A stretch of DNA of 64,000 nucleotides from Sinanodonta woodiana (Eukaryota): NCBI GenBank assembly GCA_046254885.1, contig CM100994.1:93702727-93766726 (forward strand), written 5' to 3'. The notes under the pieces are model-generated. The model saw only the letters and a program-made list of their open reading frames with translations, had not been told where the DNA came from and searched no databases. Every line of letters begins with the position of its first letter. Position 1 is the stretch's first letter. Of the stretch, positions 46,626-62,162 are shown one piece after another. Position numbers and translations under genes: made by a program.

Positions 46626-48491
46626 GGAAAAGCCATTTTACTGAATGTGGAGTTATTAATTAGAGGGAAAATTATTTCAATTAACTTGTGAGACTGGGCA
46701 CTGGCCTATCTTATTCTGCAAAGAAATTTATGTACCACCTTTCCAAAAATGCCATGGCTTTCCTAACAGTATTTAAAGCAGGAGCCTGAACAGTAGTATC
46801 AGAGCAGTTTATAACTCCTTTGTGCCCATCTTTCTTATGTGGAGCTGGCCAGAGAGACAGAGGTGTCAACCATTTGAGATTGAAACCTGTACACTGGACC
46901 AATAAAAACCTTACAAAGACTCCAAAAACCTTACATATTTCTTTTTAAATTTAAACATTATATACAAATTTTTTTATAAAAAGAATGCTATACACAAAGT
47001 ATTTATACAAATTTACATTTTTTAAACTTTATTTCGTTTCTTTTTACTTGGGTGTTGTATTATTTACAACACTTGCACCTTTTGCTTGCGTTTCTTCAAG
47101 TTACGATCAGCCATTTGATGGATTCAATATTTCAGCTAAATAAAAAATTAATTTTATTAAAAATATTGAAAATTGATATGTGATGGCTGAAGACCCCTCC
47201 CCCCAATTACAAATGTGTTATGGATTTATATTTTACCCCATACACACCAATATATTATGCCTGATGCTATCCAAAAATAGAAATCTAAAAAGAAAAAGAA
47301 ATTGACAGTCCAAAAGTTTTTACTTCGTAAGTTTTTGATCGATATTAATTGCATATCAGGTATTTGAAAAGTTGTGAATTATCTATAGGGTGTGCCTATT
47401 TTGCTCAAAATTAGATATAAAGTGGCAGTCCAACATTTTTTCGAGGTACAAGAATGACGTTACTTTGTATTTTTACTACTTATGTCTATAGGGGCTTGTT
47501 ATGAAGAAAATTAGTAGTATCCGTCGATGAATCAAGGGATGGGGTTCTAACCTGTAACATTGTGTTATATTATTACAGGTTAGAGCCCCCATCCATTGAA
47601 TCTTGGACGGATACTACTAATTTTCTTTGTAACAAGATCCTGTGCTTTCATCATGCTGGCAATGCAACTTCTTGTGTCAGTTACGTAAATGTAATTAAAA
47701 AATATGACAGCATAATAAAATGCAGGTGCTAAATTCAGTATATTATTTATTTTGAAATAATACAGGGTTAACATGTTTGATAACTCAACTTTATCACCAC
47801 ATAGAAAAGTCAGACGAATTACGGTTACACCACCATGACTGCCACACTTTGTAAAGTATGAAAATTGATGTAAACTGTAAGCATTTGATAGCTTTGATTT
47901 TGTAGAATTTTTGTTCTAAACAAAAATTATTTCCATAGCATGCAAAACGGAAGAAGAAAAAATTGATTATTTTTATTTAAAAAAACGAAAATGAAAAAAA
48001 ACATACAGATTACGGGTAAACTGTAATAGTTGACACCTATGTAGCGACCAAGGGAAGACGTCTACAGACCCCTTCTACATTCCTATGGAGGGAGGCACCT
48101 GTTTCTGGAGAGTCACACCCTCTTATGCCAGTTTTACCACTTTTCACAGTCCTAGTTAGTGCCAAACTGTATCATCTTTTAGATGCTTGTTTGGGCCTGA
48201 GATTTGATGCATGGGTCTTTACCATGATTTTACTGCTTTCTGAATGATCTTAGTTTGGTTCTTTCAGTCAGACATTCCTATCTGTTATCCCTATGGAAAG
48301 AAGTGTACACCCTTATAAGGTAGGGCAGAGGAGAGAGGGTGGCCAACATCTAAAGTCTAGCATTTTCTTATTCATACATAATTAAAATGGGTTCCACCTC
48401 CCCACAAGAAATGATCCAAAGCTACATTATAATAGCATTTGTCCTGCAAAGAATCAATGTAGACATTTTATGTATAAATGTATGTTTTCAG

Positions 48492-48674
48492 ATTGACCAA
48501 GCAGAGGTTGCTTTGATGCTTATGGGGAACCTTCTATTCAACCTTAGTGAGGCAGACAGTAACAGGATGGACAGTCTGATAACAGACTTATACCAGGCTC
48601 TTCCACATAAAGATCAGCACAGAAAAGAGAAATTTACCCTGAATGAGATCTCAGCCAAGAAAGACCTCTGTCAG
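48492..48674 (+). CDS. Host gene exon, phase 0-0
   Basis: The acceptor is tgtatgttttcag| and the donor is tgtcag|gtaaag. The exon encodes IDQAEVALMLMGNLLFNLSEADSNRMDSLITDLYQALPHKDQHRKEKFTLNEISAKKDLCQ. Confidence 0.45.
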
Positions 48675-50767
48675 GTAAAGCGGTGCCAGTTGGCTTAACA
48701 ACCCTTGCTATAGGCATGCTATAACAAGTTTTTACCCCAAAGCCTTGGGCATTGTTATATTGTAATCAAATAGGAAAAATGAGAGAGACCTTTCTAGATC
48801 ACAAAATTATATACCCAGAGCCAGCATACACAGTAAACACTTGTGCTTGATGTTGTTGAGCACCACTATAAAAGGCTAATTTGCATAAATAAAGTACACA
48901 AAGGAAAACAACTTTAAAAAAAAATTGTTTGAAGTTTGGTAAGTTAGAGATATGTGTGATGAAGAAACAATATACTCTTCCTTGTGAATGATAATGTTTA
49001 GGCAATTTTATTAAAGATTATTTTCTAGTTCATTATTAGGGCCAGTATTTCCTTGAAGTCTGATATAACTACAGTAATACCTCAAACATTTGCGAAGTTA
49101 GGTTACAGAACCCGTAGTGGATCAGGAGGAATTGTGAATGTTTGGTATGAGTCACTAAAAATGCTAATAAATGTTATTTCTAGAGTTTAAACCCTAAATC
49201 ATGCTCCCAAAGCCCTTTAATTTCATTTAAATATTATCTTAATACATTGCCCTTTAAAAAAAGAAATAATTGGTTGGCGTAAAAATAGAGTACAGTATCA
49301 CATAATGGGTATTAGTCAGAGTTTCCTCTACCTTGCTACCCTATTTTTGATTTTTGGACATTTCTGTTGGGGTGTAGGGTTAGAGCACATATAAAAAAGA
49401 TGGAATTCAATGACACCATTTGGTGTTGGCATGGGGTAGCTGCTTACTTGCCAATTGAGCAAACTTGAACAATCTTTCATCAGTATATACCTGCATGAAA
49501 TCGATGGGAATATGATTTATTTTCTTAATAATCATGAGAATAGCATTTGTTTTATCTTTAATCTGCTGATAGATGAGACAAAAGTACATTTATTGCTGAA
49601 ATTTGACCTGATCTAGCCATTTGCATTTTTAGTCATGTGACTACACAAATCTTGCAACCTACATGTTAATGGCATCAGGGGTCAGACAGTCACGTGATAT
49701 CAACAATATGTCATTTCTAGTGTTCTGTAGATAAACTAGCATAAAAAATGGCTATTTGCCACATTAGTGCATGTACAGTACTGTATACCAATATTATCCC
49801 TATACTAATTCATTGGCTGCCATTTTCTTTTGCACTCGCAGTAAGGTACAACCAAGTAGCAGTTGAGAAATATTTTGCAGATCTGTGGAAAAAAATCACA
49901 GATGCAAATTAGTTAGGTTCCAATAAAAAAAAATCACTAATCTGTGAATTTGCGAATCCAGAAATGCAAATGTTTGAGGTATTATTGTACACGTGTATAG
50001 CATGTATAATATAACTGTTTTTGTAATAAATGAAAGTGTGATTCTCTTTGTAAGGAAACAAACTGAAATGCTGGCTGCGATTTAGTGAAGTATAAGCCAT
50101 CATAGAACAGAGCTTAGAATGTGAAAATTTTAGAGGTTCCTGGTGACAGATGTTGAGTTTATGAAGTGCAGCATCAATGGAAGCATTGTATTCTTAATAC
50201 ACTTACTGCAAACACAGTATTGACATTTAGTCAACAAGCATGAAGATGTGAACAGTACCATTAAGTGTCTAATGAAGTCTCGCATTAACTCAAATGACAC
50301 AGACATCCCCTTTAAACTGATTAAAAGACTAGTTGCCAAATTGACGCCTCCAAACGTTGGTCTGTTCACCCCCTCTGCTGCTGTAGCAAAGACTGCATCT
50401 AGTTAAGGATTTGTTGTTGTTGTAGTAGGGCTTAATTCCATTTTTCATTACACAATAGGCTATGTGCATATCAATATAAAAAAATAGAGTTTTGATCCTA
50501 ATATTTCTCAAAATAAATCCATTAAAAAAAATTAGAATTCTGTTTTGTACTGAAACAACAGTAACACTTGAATATATCCAGTCACAAGCAAAGCCAGTGA
50601 TATAATGTAGTATTTGCTGGTTGATACATGTGTAGTTTTAACCTCTTTGAGTTATATTTTTAATGAACTTTCAGAGAATGGTTATATTGAAAATCAAGTT
50701 CATTGATTCAGAAAAGTTAATAACTTCATTGATGAATACTATTTATTGACAATAATTTGCATAGTAC

Positions 50768-52398
50768 TGTAGTATCATCAGTATTTGTGGGGGATATTTT
50801 TTTTGTGGTTTTTGTTATTGCCATGAACCACAAATTTAGATCTCCAATGAAAAATGAGCCACTTAGGATGATAACCATCCCCCAATTTCTTAGTGTTTCA
50901 TTTCTAGAGATTAAGACAGCTACTCATATTTGATAAATCAAGATATTATTGTATTTTGGTAATTAATTATTAGCTTTTACATGTTTGTTTAATTTTTTAA
51001 AAAAATCTTTTGAAGCAAGAATTATTATCATTTTATATTGTTTCAATGCACGTGTTTGATAAGGTCCTGCATCTGATAGCTGTAATTTTATACTCACTGC
51101 CTTAAATCGATATGATAGGTAAGTAAGGATAAAAGAAAATATAGAAAAGCATAATGTATTGAAACATTTGTAATACTAAAAATGAAAGAAAAAAATAATA
51201 CCAAATAACAGTGTATACAAATTAAATTGAATTATTATTCAAGTCAATCCTTCATTCGAGTACAATTTAAATCCTTCTGAAAGCCCATTTCATTTTATCT
51301 ATGCTTTTTAATCCAAATGAACAGCAATCCTGTAAAATACTATAATTATTCCTTGAAACACTCGTATGAAACACTATTTATGTACACTAATTACAGCAAA
51401 TTATAAGAGCTCACACAGCACAGATTGTTGGACAAAGCCACTGTATCAACAGTTTATCAATCAAGTCTAATGGTACTTGTAAATGCTTCTCAGGTAGAGA
51501 ATTCCCAAATTGCTGAATTAAACAAGTCCAGCTTTCTCAAAACCTCTGATAATTAGGTCGGATCTTTCACTCATTGTTGCATGAGTCACAATTATCTGTT
51601 CAGCAGGAATGGGATTGATTAATGAGGTTGCAAGGCTTACTAATACTGTTGATGATCGTCACCAGTTGTGTCTTCTTTTTCTGTAACAGCATCCATGATA
51701 ATCAAGCATACCACATGTGGAAGTATGAGTTTAGTTCTTCTTTGTACTCTTTATTTACTGTCTGGTCTAATGGTATCAGTTAGTTTGTACAAGAAGCAGG
51801 CACAAACAAAGGAGTGATTCCACAGTCTTCCAATTTACCATGTTCACACTTTGATGGGCTTTAAACATATCAATATGTGATAATTCATGTGTGGTCTGGT
51901 TTTCTTGGTTGTATTGACTTCCTTTGATGTTGAACACTCAGAAGAAAAAAAAACATGGCAAAACTGATTCATCTTGATGGATGTTTTATTTGTGCACACA
52001 GAGATGGAAGTATTGTTTTAGTGTCGTTTATCTACATCAGCTTTCAATTGACTGATGGTATTCACTTGCTCAAAAGCACTGTGTAAGTATTAAACTTGCC
52101 AGGCCTTTACAAGTGGTAGTATGGTTTTAAACATTACTGTAAATACTGTTTGCATTGGCATATTTTGAAATTATTTATATTTATTTTGGGTATTTGTGAA
52201 AATTAAAGCATAAAATTAAATGCCTACTAATATGCAAACTTTGACTGGCAAAACCATGATTTTAAGTACCCACAAAATGTCTTTTTTAAAGAAGAAAAAA
52301 AACATGAAAATTTAACTTATTTTAGCACTCATGGAAACACCTTTTTTTTGTTATTGCAAAACCACAAAAATTGAGACTTACAAAAAAATGAAACTACA
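50768..52398. mobile_element. Same TIR element, copy 2, with ~0.7 kb of extra internal sequence
   Basis: It starts tgtagtatcatcagtatttgtggggga and ends aaaccacaaaaattgagacttacaaaaaaatgaaactaca. It is collinear with copy 1 over ~900 bp. Confidence 0.5.
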
Positions 52399-52510
52399 GT
52401 AATTTTGAAATGAATCTTCCTTTCATGGCTTTCCTGATCTTTGAAATAAATGAAGAAATAACATTTGATGGCATAATATTTATGCTGAAATTGTATTGTT
52501 TCTGCCCTAG

Positions 52511-52671
52511 CTACTAAGAGATATAATCAGTGTGAGAGAAGCTACTGACTGGTCTCAAGAGGTCACTACTGTAGCTAAGTATAGAGCTCTCGGATGCCAC
52601 ATTTCATGCTTGGAGACTTCATCAGAAAAGTACAAAAAAGTTGAGAATCTAGTGACAGCTACAGGAAAAGG
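52511..52671 (+). CDS. Host gene exon, phase 0-2
   Basis: The acceptor is ttctgccctag| and the donor is aaagg|gtaattt. The exon encodes LLRDIISVREATDWSQEVTTVAKYRALGCHISCLETSSEKYKKVENLVTATGK. Confidence 0.4.
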
Positions 52672-53411
52672 GTAATTTACTTGGATTTCATTTATTTTCA
52701 TTATTTTCAACTTTTGTAGATTTGCAACAAAAAATATCTTTTTGTGAATACTTAAAATAATTGAAATGAAAAATTTGAACTTTTGTTTCATAAGATTGAT
52801 CATTCTTGGCTTTATCTTCAAAATCAATGAAAATTGGTACTCCATTAAAACTGGTATGCTCAGTAGTCAGTTGTTTTACTGTGAAAACTCACTTGTTATG
52901 CTGTTGAAAGAAGCCATATAGAATACCATCTTAGAGTGAACCCATCTTACAATGAATTACATGAATACATATAATTGACCTTACGCCAAAAGGTAGACCG
53001 CTCCGCCTACCGAACACATGACTTGACAAGAGCTGAACCTCCGACAAGCTTTCTGTGAAAATGGCTGGCGTGATAGCATTACAGTATATACCAGACGATA
53101 TTGGTGAGCAATATTTGCCATAAGAAACAGCATTGAGACAGAGACAGAAAGCGAAAACATTTAAAAATCGCTAGCCCCAATTGGCTGGAGACATCATCCC
53201 AAAACTTCTCTCCCAAATTATCTTTTTATAGCATAATTCAGTAATCTTTTACGTGATTCAAATTTTTTATTATTATTCTTATATATGCGATCACAAAAGA
53301 GATATTAACTAAATTAAAGCAATATCATTGTAATATGTATAAGAACGAAATTAAGTCTGTATATCATCTAATGAATGATGACAGAATAGTGATTTAAAAG
53401 GATAAGTCAAA

Positions 53412-53445
<34 letters not shown>

Positions 53446-54710
53446 GTGAATCAAGATGATTTAGTTTAATTGAACGTCAACTGGAAATGAAATAGAAAAT
53501 TTCAATATCCATTAATGAGATCGCTAAAAGGAATAATTCAGTATTTGATGAAATTGATAGTTTTTGTCTGAACAGTAACGTACGCCTCAAAAATAATAAT
53601 TTTGTATATTAGAAATTTGATACTTTCCGTTTTAACATATGTACAACTCAATTCTACATATTACCCAAAATGCATTGTAATTCATATACAAAAAACCTAT
53701 CCAAATATATTGATAATGTATTACAACCTTTAATGAAATTACTCCTTTCATACCTTAAAGATATAACTACATTCATTAAAAGTTGAAGTCTATTCCATAT
53801 TTATCTGAAAATTTAAATCCCGGTATCATTAGATGTAACATCACTATATTACCAACATTCCGAATGTAGATGGTATTAAAGCATGCAAATATGCTCTTGA
53901 TAACAATCCTAAGAATAACACACTATCTAGCGAATATATTTGAATTACATACAAAAATCTTGGGGAAAATATTTTCAATTTAATAATTTGAATTACATAC
54001 AAGTAATGGTACATGAATCGATATTAATATGTCTCATTCATACTCTATCCGGAAATGTGTGAATTAGAATAGGATTTTCATTAAAAACGAAAAGTTTAAT
54101 CCATCTCTTTTGTTGATATTTTAGATGATATTTATAATCTGGAAGCTTTCAAATGATGAACTTAAAAAAGTATTGATCGCCTAAATCATCTTCACCTGAC
54201 GATTAAATTTACTTATCCTGCATCTAGTAAGCATGTTTAATGTTTGGATGTAAATGTAATAACAAATAGTGATACACAATATTCTCTACAAATATTATTA
54301 AATACATACATTTATATGAAAAGCAGAGCAAATGGGACAAATAACACTTATTTTTTGTGAATTAAAAAAGCGAAGTTGATCAAATGGAAAAGTTTTAAAA
54401 AAAATGAAAATTTTATAAATCTAATAAGTTATTAAGTTGAGCGAGTTCGCCCAGATCGAGTTTTTAACTATTCAGTTACGTCTTGGTTTCGGGAAGAGAA
54501 TAAACTTTACATATACATATACAATAGCCGAGTCCATAGCGACAGAAGCAGCTTGTCGGAGGAACATGGCGCTTAACGACAGTGGCTGAAGGTGTGTATA
54601 ATAGCGCTCGCTGATTGGTCAAACGAGCAGAATGATTGACATCTGGCGATAGGTCAATTGTATTAGCACTTAATGAAATGGAATCTATGATAATGCTTAT
54701 CATAGCTTAA

Positions 54711-54980
54711 GAGATCCCTGGCCAAGTCATACCAAAGACTTACAAAAATGGTACTAACAGCTGCCTCGCTTGACTCTAAGCATTAAGAGGTTAGTGTTAG
54801 GACTGGTCGGCCTGGTGTCAGGATAATGTGATTGGGTGGGACATCATGCTACATGTCTGCGGCATGATGCCTCGGTGCTAGACATCACTATAAACTGCCT
54901 CACAGCAGACATCATAGCAATATAACTGATTTTTTTTTAAAGCTACGTTAAAAATCCTAATCAAACAAGCAAACAAAATC
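54711..54980 (+). mobile_element. tRNA-derived SINE, family A, 5'-truncated
   Basis: The copy starts within the B-box region (gatccctggccaagtcatacc) and is then collinear with the other copies. Confidence 0.65.
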
Positions 54981-55269
54981 ATAGTTTAAGTAATGCAGGG
55001 ATAGGTTTTTCCATTCTTGTCCAAAATATTTCAAGCAACATTCATGTTTAATAAGAAAATGAGGTTACAGCTTAAATTTCATGTGAATCTACATGGAGCA
55101 GTGTCATCAGTTTCTTAAAATAGATTACTTGATCATAATTTTTCAGAAGTACTGTGCAATTTCCAGCCCATCAGTGCAGAACATTTTAAGAATGGAGCTA
55201 TATGTTGTCTTACCACATGTGTAGCAGTGAAACTGAATGGTTTCCTTGTGAAATAGAGATAAGCACAAA

Positions 55270-56492
55270 AGGCCTGTGTTTACCCCAGATATACAAAAGC
55301 CTGTGTTTACACCAGATATACAAAACCATGTGTGTACCCCAGATATACAAAAGCCTGTGTGTACCCCAGATATACAAATGTGTGTACCCCAGATATACAA
55401 AAGCCTGTGGGTACCCCAGATATACAGAAGCCTGTGTGTACCCCAGATATACAAAAGCCTGTGTGTACACCAGATATACAAAAGCCTGTGTGTACCCCAG
55501 ATATACAAAAGCCTGTGTGTACCCCAGATATACAAAAGCATGTGTGTACACCAGATATACAATAGCCTGTGTGTACCCCAGATATACAATAGCCTGTGTG
55601 TACCCCATATATACAAAAGCCTGTGTGTACCCCAGATATACAAAAGCATGTGTGTACACCAGATATACAAAAGCCTGTGTGTACACCAGATATACAAAAG
55701 CCTGTGTGTACCCAGATATACAATAACCTGTGTGTACCCCAGATATACAAAAGCATGTGTGTACACCAGATATACAATAACCTGTGTGTACCCCAGATAT
55801 ACAAAAGTCTGTGTGTACCCCAGATATACAAAAGCATGTGTGTACACCAGATATAAAATAGCCTGTGTGTACCCCAGATATACAATAGCCTGTGTGTACC
55901 CCAGATATACAAATGTGTGTACCCCAGATATACAAAAGCATGTGTGTACCCCAGATATACAAAAGCCTGTGTGTACCCCAGATATACAAAAGCCTGTGTG
56001 TACCCCAGATATACAAATGCCTGTGTGTACCCCAGATATACAAAAGCCTGTGTGTACCCCAGATATACAAAAGTCTGTGTGTACCCCAGATATACAAAAG
56101 CCTGTGTGTACACCAGATATACAAAAGACTGTGTGTACCCCAGAAATACAGAAACGTGTGTACCCCAGATATACAAAAGCATGTGTGTACCCCAGATATA
56201 CAAAAGTCTGTGTGTACCCCAGATATACAAAAGCCTGTGTGTACACCAGATATACAAAAGCCTGTGTGTACCCCAGATATACAGAAACGTGTGTACCCCA
56301 GATATACAAAAGCATGTGTACACCAGATATACAATAGCCTGTGTGTACCCCAGATATACAAAAGCCTGTGTGTACCCCAGATATACAGAAACGTGTGTAC
56401 CCCAGATATACAAAAGTCTGTGTACCCCAGAGATACAAAAGTCTGTGTGTACCCCAGATATACAAAAGCTTGTGTGTACCCCAGATATACTA
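55270..56492. repeat. 27-bp satellite, ~45 copies
   Basis: The unit is ccccagatatacaaaagcctgtgtgta. It is open in all six frames, which gives spurious ORFs of up to 477 aa. Confidence 0.9.
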
Positions 56493-57469
56493 CTTCCATG
56501 TGTGCCAAGAAGCATGCTCTTTTGTGAGAGACCTTGCAGACCAAACAAGAGTTTTGGGTATTCAACTGTAGGCCAAGTTGGATGATTTTCTAGCTCTTTT
56601 CCTGAGACAAGGTTTTTACATTTATTGATGGAATTACTATGCTGTTGTAAAAAGATATGTGACCTTTTGTTGTTACAGCTTAGGTCATTAGTTTGTGCAT
56701 TCAGTATTATGCACTCAATTTGACTTATTAAGTTATGCAATAATTTTTTTTTTTCTTGAAAAAATAACTATTTTGGTCCACCTCATGAATATTAACTCAG
56801 TCAGCAACATCAATGTTAAAAGTTATATTTTTCATCTTCTCTAGTAGCAAGAAGTCGTGTCTAGCTACTTGTGTCCAATATAGTTTTACCTGTTTAGGCA
56901 ATTTTGTAAATATCATGCACATGCAATCACACTTATCTTAATTTCTCATCTTATATCCAATAATACTCCACAAAGTTTTCACCAATTATTTCCAATGAAT
57001 TTGTCTATGCAGTGATGTATTTTTCTCTATTTGTCCAAGTCTTTCACAGCTTTTTTATACATTGTTTACAAGATTAACACGATCGCTAAAATCTTCTAGA
57101 TCCGCAAGATCTCTTTCATCAGCTTTATCAGCATCCTCTTCTTCTGGTGATTCAAAATTAAATGTCCGATTCTAAATCTTGCAAATTATCTTACTGCTGA
57201 ACATATCTTTCTTCTACTTCCTCAATATTTTTTAGATCAAACCTGAGATACTTCTCATTTTCATTCTCACTGTCATCAAGCTGCCATCATGATTTTTCAA
57301 GAACAGAACATGTGTAGTGAAACTGCTCTCAATATTTAACCCTTGGTTCCTGAACAATTCAGGTTTGCACAAAGGAAAGTAAAATAATTTCTGATTAGTT
57401 AATATTGGTATGATTCTTGGAAAAGCCCCATTACTCAATAGAGTTCATTTGCACCATTGTATCTTTAAG

Positions 57470-59745
57470 ACAGAAATATTTTGTGTGTTTCAGCATACAC
57501 ATCAGACATGTATTTTGTAGTATAAATATTTTGTGTGTTTCAGCATACACATGTAGTATAAATATTTTGTGTGTTTCAGCATACACATGTAGTATACATA
57601 TTTGGTGTGTTTCAACATACACATCAGACATGTATTCTGTAGTATAAATATTTTGTGTGTTTCAGCATACACATCAGACATGTATTCTGTAGTATAAATA
57701 TTTTGTGTGTTTCAGCATACACATGTAGTATAAATATTTTGTGTGTTTCAGCATACACATCAGACATGTATTCTGTAGTATAAATATTTTGTGTGTTTCA
57801 GCATACACATGTAGTATAAATATTTTGTGTGTTTCATGTTTCAGCATACACATCAGACATGTGTTCTGTAGTATAAATATTTGGTGTGTTTCAGCATACA
57901 CATCAGACATGTATTCTGTAGTATAAATATTTTGTGTGTTTCTGCATACACATCATACATGTGTTCTGTAGTATAAATATTTTGTGTGTTTCAGCATACA
58001 CATCAGACATGTATTCTGTAGTATAAATATTTTGTGTTTCAGCATACTTATCAGACATGTATTCTGTAGTATAAATATTTTGTGTTTCAGCATACACATC
58101 AGACATGTATTCTGTAGTATAAATCATTTGGTGCGTTTTAGCATACACATCAGACATGTATTCTGTAGTATAAATATTTTGTGTGTTTCAGCATACACAT
58201 CAGACATGTATTCTGTAGTATAAATATTTGGTGTGTTTCAGCATACACATCAGACATGTATTCTGTAGTATAAATATTTGGTGTGTTTCAGCATACACAT
58301 CAGACATGTATTCTGTAGTATAAATATTTTGTGTGTTTCAGCATACACATCAGACATGTATTCTGTAGTATAAATATTTTGTATGTTTCTGCATACATAT
58401 CAGACATGTATTCTGTAGTATAAATATTTGGTGTGTTTCAGCATACACATCAGACATGTATTCTGTAGTATAAATATTTTGTGTGTTTCAGCATACACAT
58501 CAGACATGTGTTCTGTAGTGAAATATTCTGTAATGTAAATATTTTGTGTGTTTCAGCATACACATCAGACATGTGTTCTGTAGTGAAATATTCTGTAATG
58601 TAAATATTTTGTGTGTTTCAGCATACACATCAGACATGTGTTCTGTAGTGAAATATTCTGTAATGTAAATATTTTGTGTGTTTCAGCATACACATCAGAC
58701 ATGTGTTCTGTAGTGAAATATTCTGTAATGTAAATATTTTGTGTGTTTCAGCATACACATCAGACATGTATTCTGTAGTATAAATATTTTGTGTGTTTCA
58801 GCATACACATCAGACATGTGTTCTGTAGTGAAATATTCTGTAATGTAAATATTTTGTGTGTTTCAGCATACACATCAGACATGTGTTCTGTAGTGAAATA
58901 TTCTGTAATGTAAATATTTTGTGTGTTTCAGCATACACATCAGACATGTGTTCTGTAGTGAAATATTCTGTAATGTAAATATTTTGTGTGTTTCAGCATA
59001 CACATCAGACATGTATTCTGTAGTATAAATATTTTGTGTGTTTCAGCATACACATCAGACATGTATTGTGTAGTGAAATATTCTGTAATGTAAATATTTT
59101 GTGTGTTTCAGCATACACATCAGACATGTATTCTGTAGTGAAATATTCTGTAATGTAAATATTTTGTGTGTTTCAGCATACACATCAGACATGTATTCTG
59201 TAGTGAAATATTTTGTGTGTTTCAGCATACACATCAGACATATATTCTGTTGTGAAATATTCTGTAATGTAAATATTTTGTGTGTTTCAGCATACACATC
59301 AGACATGTGTTCTGTAGTGAAATATTCTGTAATGTAAATATTTTGTGTGTTTCAGCATACACATCAGACATGTATTCTGTAGTATAAATATTTTGTGTGT
59401 TTCAGCATACACATCAGACATGTATTGTGTAGTGAAATATTCTGTAATGTAAATATTTTGTGTGTTTCAGCATACACATCAGACATGTATTCTGTAGTGA
59501 AATATTCTGTAATGTAAATATTTTGTGTGTTTCAGCATACACATCAGACATGTATTCTGTAGTGAAATATTTTGTGTGTTTCAGCATACACATCAGACAT
59601 ATATTCTGTTGTGAAATATTCTGTAATGTAAATATTTTGTGTGTTTCAGCATACACATCAGACATGTATTCTGTAGTGAAATATTCTGTAATGTAAATAT
59701 TTTGTGTGTTTCAGCATACACATCAGACATGTATTCTCTATTAGA
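57470..59745. repeat. 50-bp / 65-bp two-variant satellite, ~40 copies
   Basis: The 50-bp unit cagcatacacatcagacatgtattctgtagtataaatattttgtgtgttt dominates 57470-58500. A 65-bp derivative, with tataa replaced by gaaatattctgtaatgtaa, dominates 58500-59745, with occasional 50-bp units interspersed. Confidence 0.9.
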
Positions 59746-62162
59746 AGGATGCAAGAAGAGATCAACTTCCAACCGAGAAATACGCGAACACTGATGCACT
59801 CATCTGCTCCCCACAACTTTCTGGGAATTCTGTCCAGGTATTCATTTGACTGGAAAGGTAGAGAAAGATTTAACTATGGAGAAGGCTGATAGTGATTACT
59901 ATAATCTTATGTATATGAGGGGAATAGGAAAATAAACCAAGTGTGCTATTATGTTAAGTCATTGACACAAATCTTGATCCCTGCAGGTTAGATTTTCCTA
60001 TTCTTTTGATAGACATGGGGAAAAATATATTTCTAACACACTACAAAACTACTGTATTTATTGTACTTGTAAATAAATGCTTGCAGTATTTCACAGTGAC
60101 GGGCCAATTAGTTTAAACCACTTACCTCTATTGATTACTGCTGTCTCATTTCTATCCATGTGGGTGTTTCAGCTAAAGTTTGTGACTAGACAGTGTTTTT
60201 TACTGTTGTTTTTTTTTCTTGTACTGTCTTGTGCAGAGAAATGGTATTAAACCCAAAGCAACAAGAATTTATTTTCTCAAAGATGGTGTAAAGAAAGTAA
60301 AAATTAGAGCTGTACCAATGTCACTTTTTGCCGATTATGCCAATACCGCATATAGCCGATTATCAAAATTGCCGATACCAATTATGAGACTGATTATTTG
60401 ATTATCACATTATGTACTCAGGTATAAGCAGACAAATTTAGAAAACAATAAAGGCCTGAAGGGGGGCTTATCCATGGGCCAATGTCAAAACTTTACAGGT
60501 TTTAGGTGTTTTTGTTGACTTTTGTAACGGCAGTACATCTTGAGATAAAAATATCCGTGTTCTAAGACATAGGCATGTTAAAAAAGTAACTTTCGGTGAC
60601 CTGAAAATTATTAAACTTTTATAAAGTACTATTTATTATTGATTTTGCTATTATTTTGCATGAGCATATTTTCTGATTTCCACAACACGAAATTACATAA
60701 AGGTAAAATACAGTACTTACGCAGTGAAAAGTGTGCATAGTATCAATTAAATCCTTTTTTATTCCCAAATATATTAGTTGCAGATTTTGCTTTCTTTGGT
60801 GTTTCAATCAAAGTGTATTCTTTCAGATAACATTTCAGATAATCTGTAATAGCTGTTTCATTTACAATGAATCATCTCTCACGAGTTACTCATTTTCAAT
60901 GATATAAGCGATCCTACAAAATGAGTTAATATTTTGAATGTACAAGGGACACAACTGGTATAATTTACATCTTCACGCAGCATGGTAATAATAAAGGCTA
61001 AATTTCTCATATAGATCAACTATAGAGCCGATATTAATAATCCAATCTATTTGGGCTCTTGAAACAATGTGTCAAAATACATTACTACTCTGTTGTCCAC
61101 TGACCGTGGGAGTGGGCGATTTTTTTAATTTTTTTTTGCTAACAGGAAAGTTTAGCGACACAATAAATATGTTCTAATCACTATGTAAATTGAGACAATG
61201 CCTTTGAGTTTATTGCCGACTTTCTATGAGCAAAGGTCATCGGCATGCTTTGACGACAACAAATACTCTTTTGCTATTGCTGCGGTAACATCAGATAATT
61301 GTAAAACATTGACACAGAATTGTTTTATTTGTTTAGCATATATCGGTGCTTCAAAGGTACAGTAAAACCTGTTATGAGAGACCACCCCTTCTGCCAGATG
61401 GTGAAACACTAGCAAAAGAAATAAAAAATAATTTTAAAAAATCCGGAAATGATTCTCACTTACTAGTATTAAAGACAATGTGTCTGTTCACCCTCCAGGC
61501 ATTACGGATTAACTGAAATACAGACGACGTACTCAAGCCTACACTGAAGCCCTTTCAAACAATATCTCACTGGGACAAAAGGACTATCGGTGTTTAGTGA
61601 GTTTTCATAAAGATAAAAAAAAGCACAAACCTCAAAATTGACTATATATCCATCATTACTCTGTTTGATGTTAATCTTACTGGCTATTCACATGACTTTG
61701 GCACTACAATGGCAGTTAGCAACATGTACTTTATTTAGTCTGGTTGACTGCAGTTTACAAATGTTACCGGACGCTGGAGTTGAAAATTTTGCACAACTGG
61801 CAGCAAGATAAATTCTTTTTAAATACTTTATTAGAGCAATCTCTTTGTTACAAAGGATTAATTGATGGTTCGATGTGTTTATCTCGATATATGGTTATTC
61901 GACTATACAGTAGTGTTAGTTAATGAGCAGCTTGTTTGCATACTGCATTTATCCCGAGCTCTAGTGTTACAAAGGATTAAGTCACGGTCAGTCCAAACAC
62001 GACTGTATATACAACTTTTATCAGGAAAAATTGGTTATTTTTAATGAAATTTAAAAAAAAATTGTATCAGCACCGATTATTTTTGCTGATACCCGCTTGT
62101 ACTGATTATGCTAATAATTGGCCCGATTACATGTATGGGCGACGCTTTTCATGTGGACAGTG

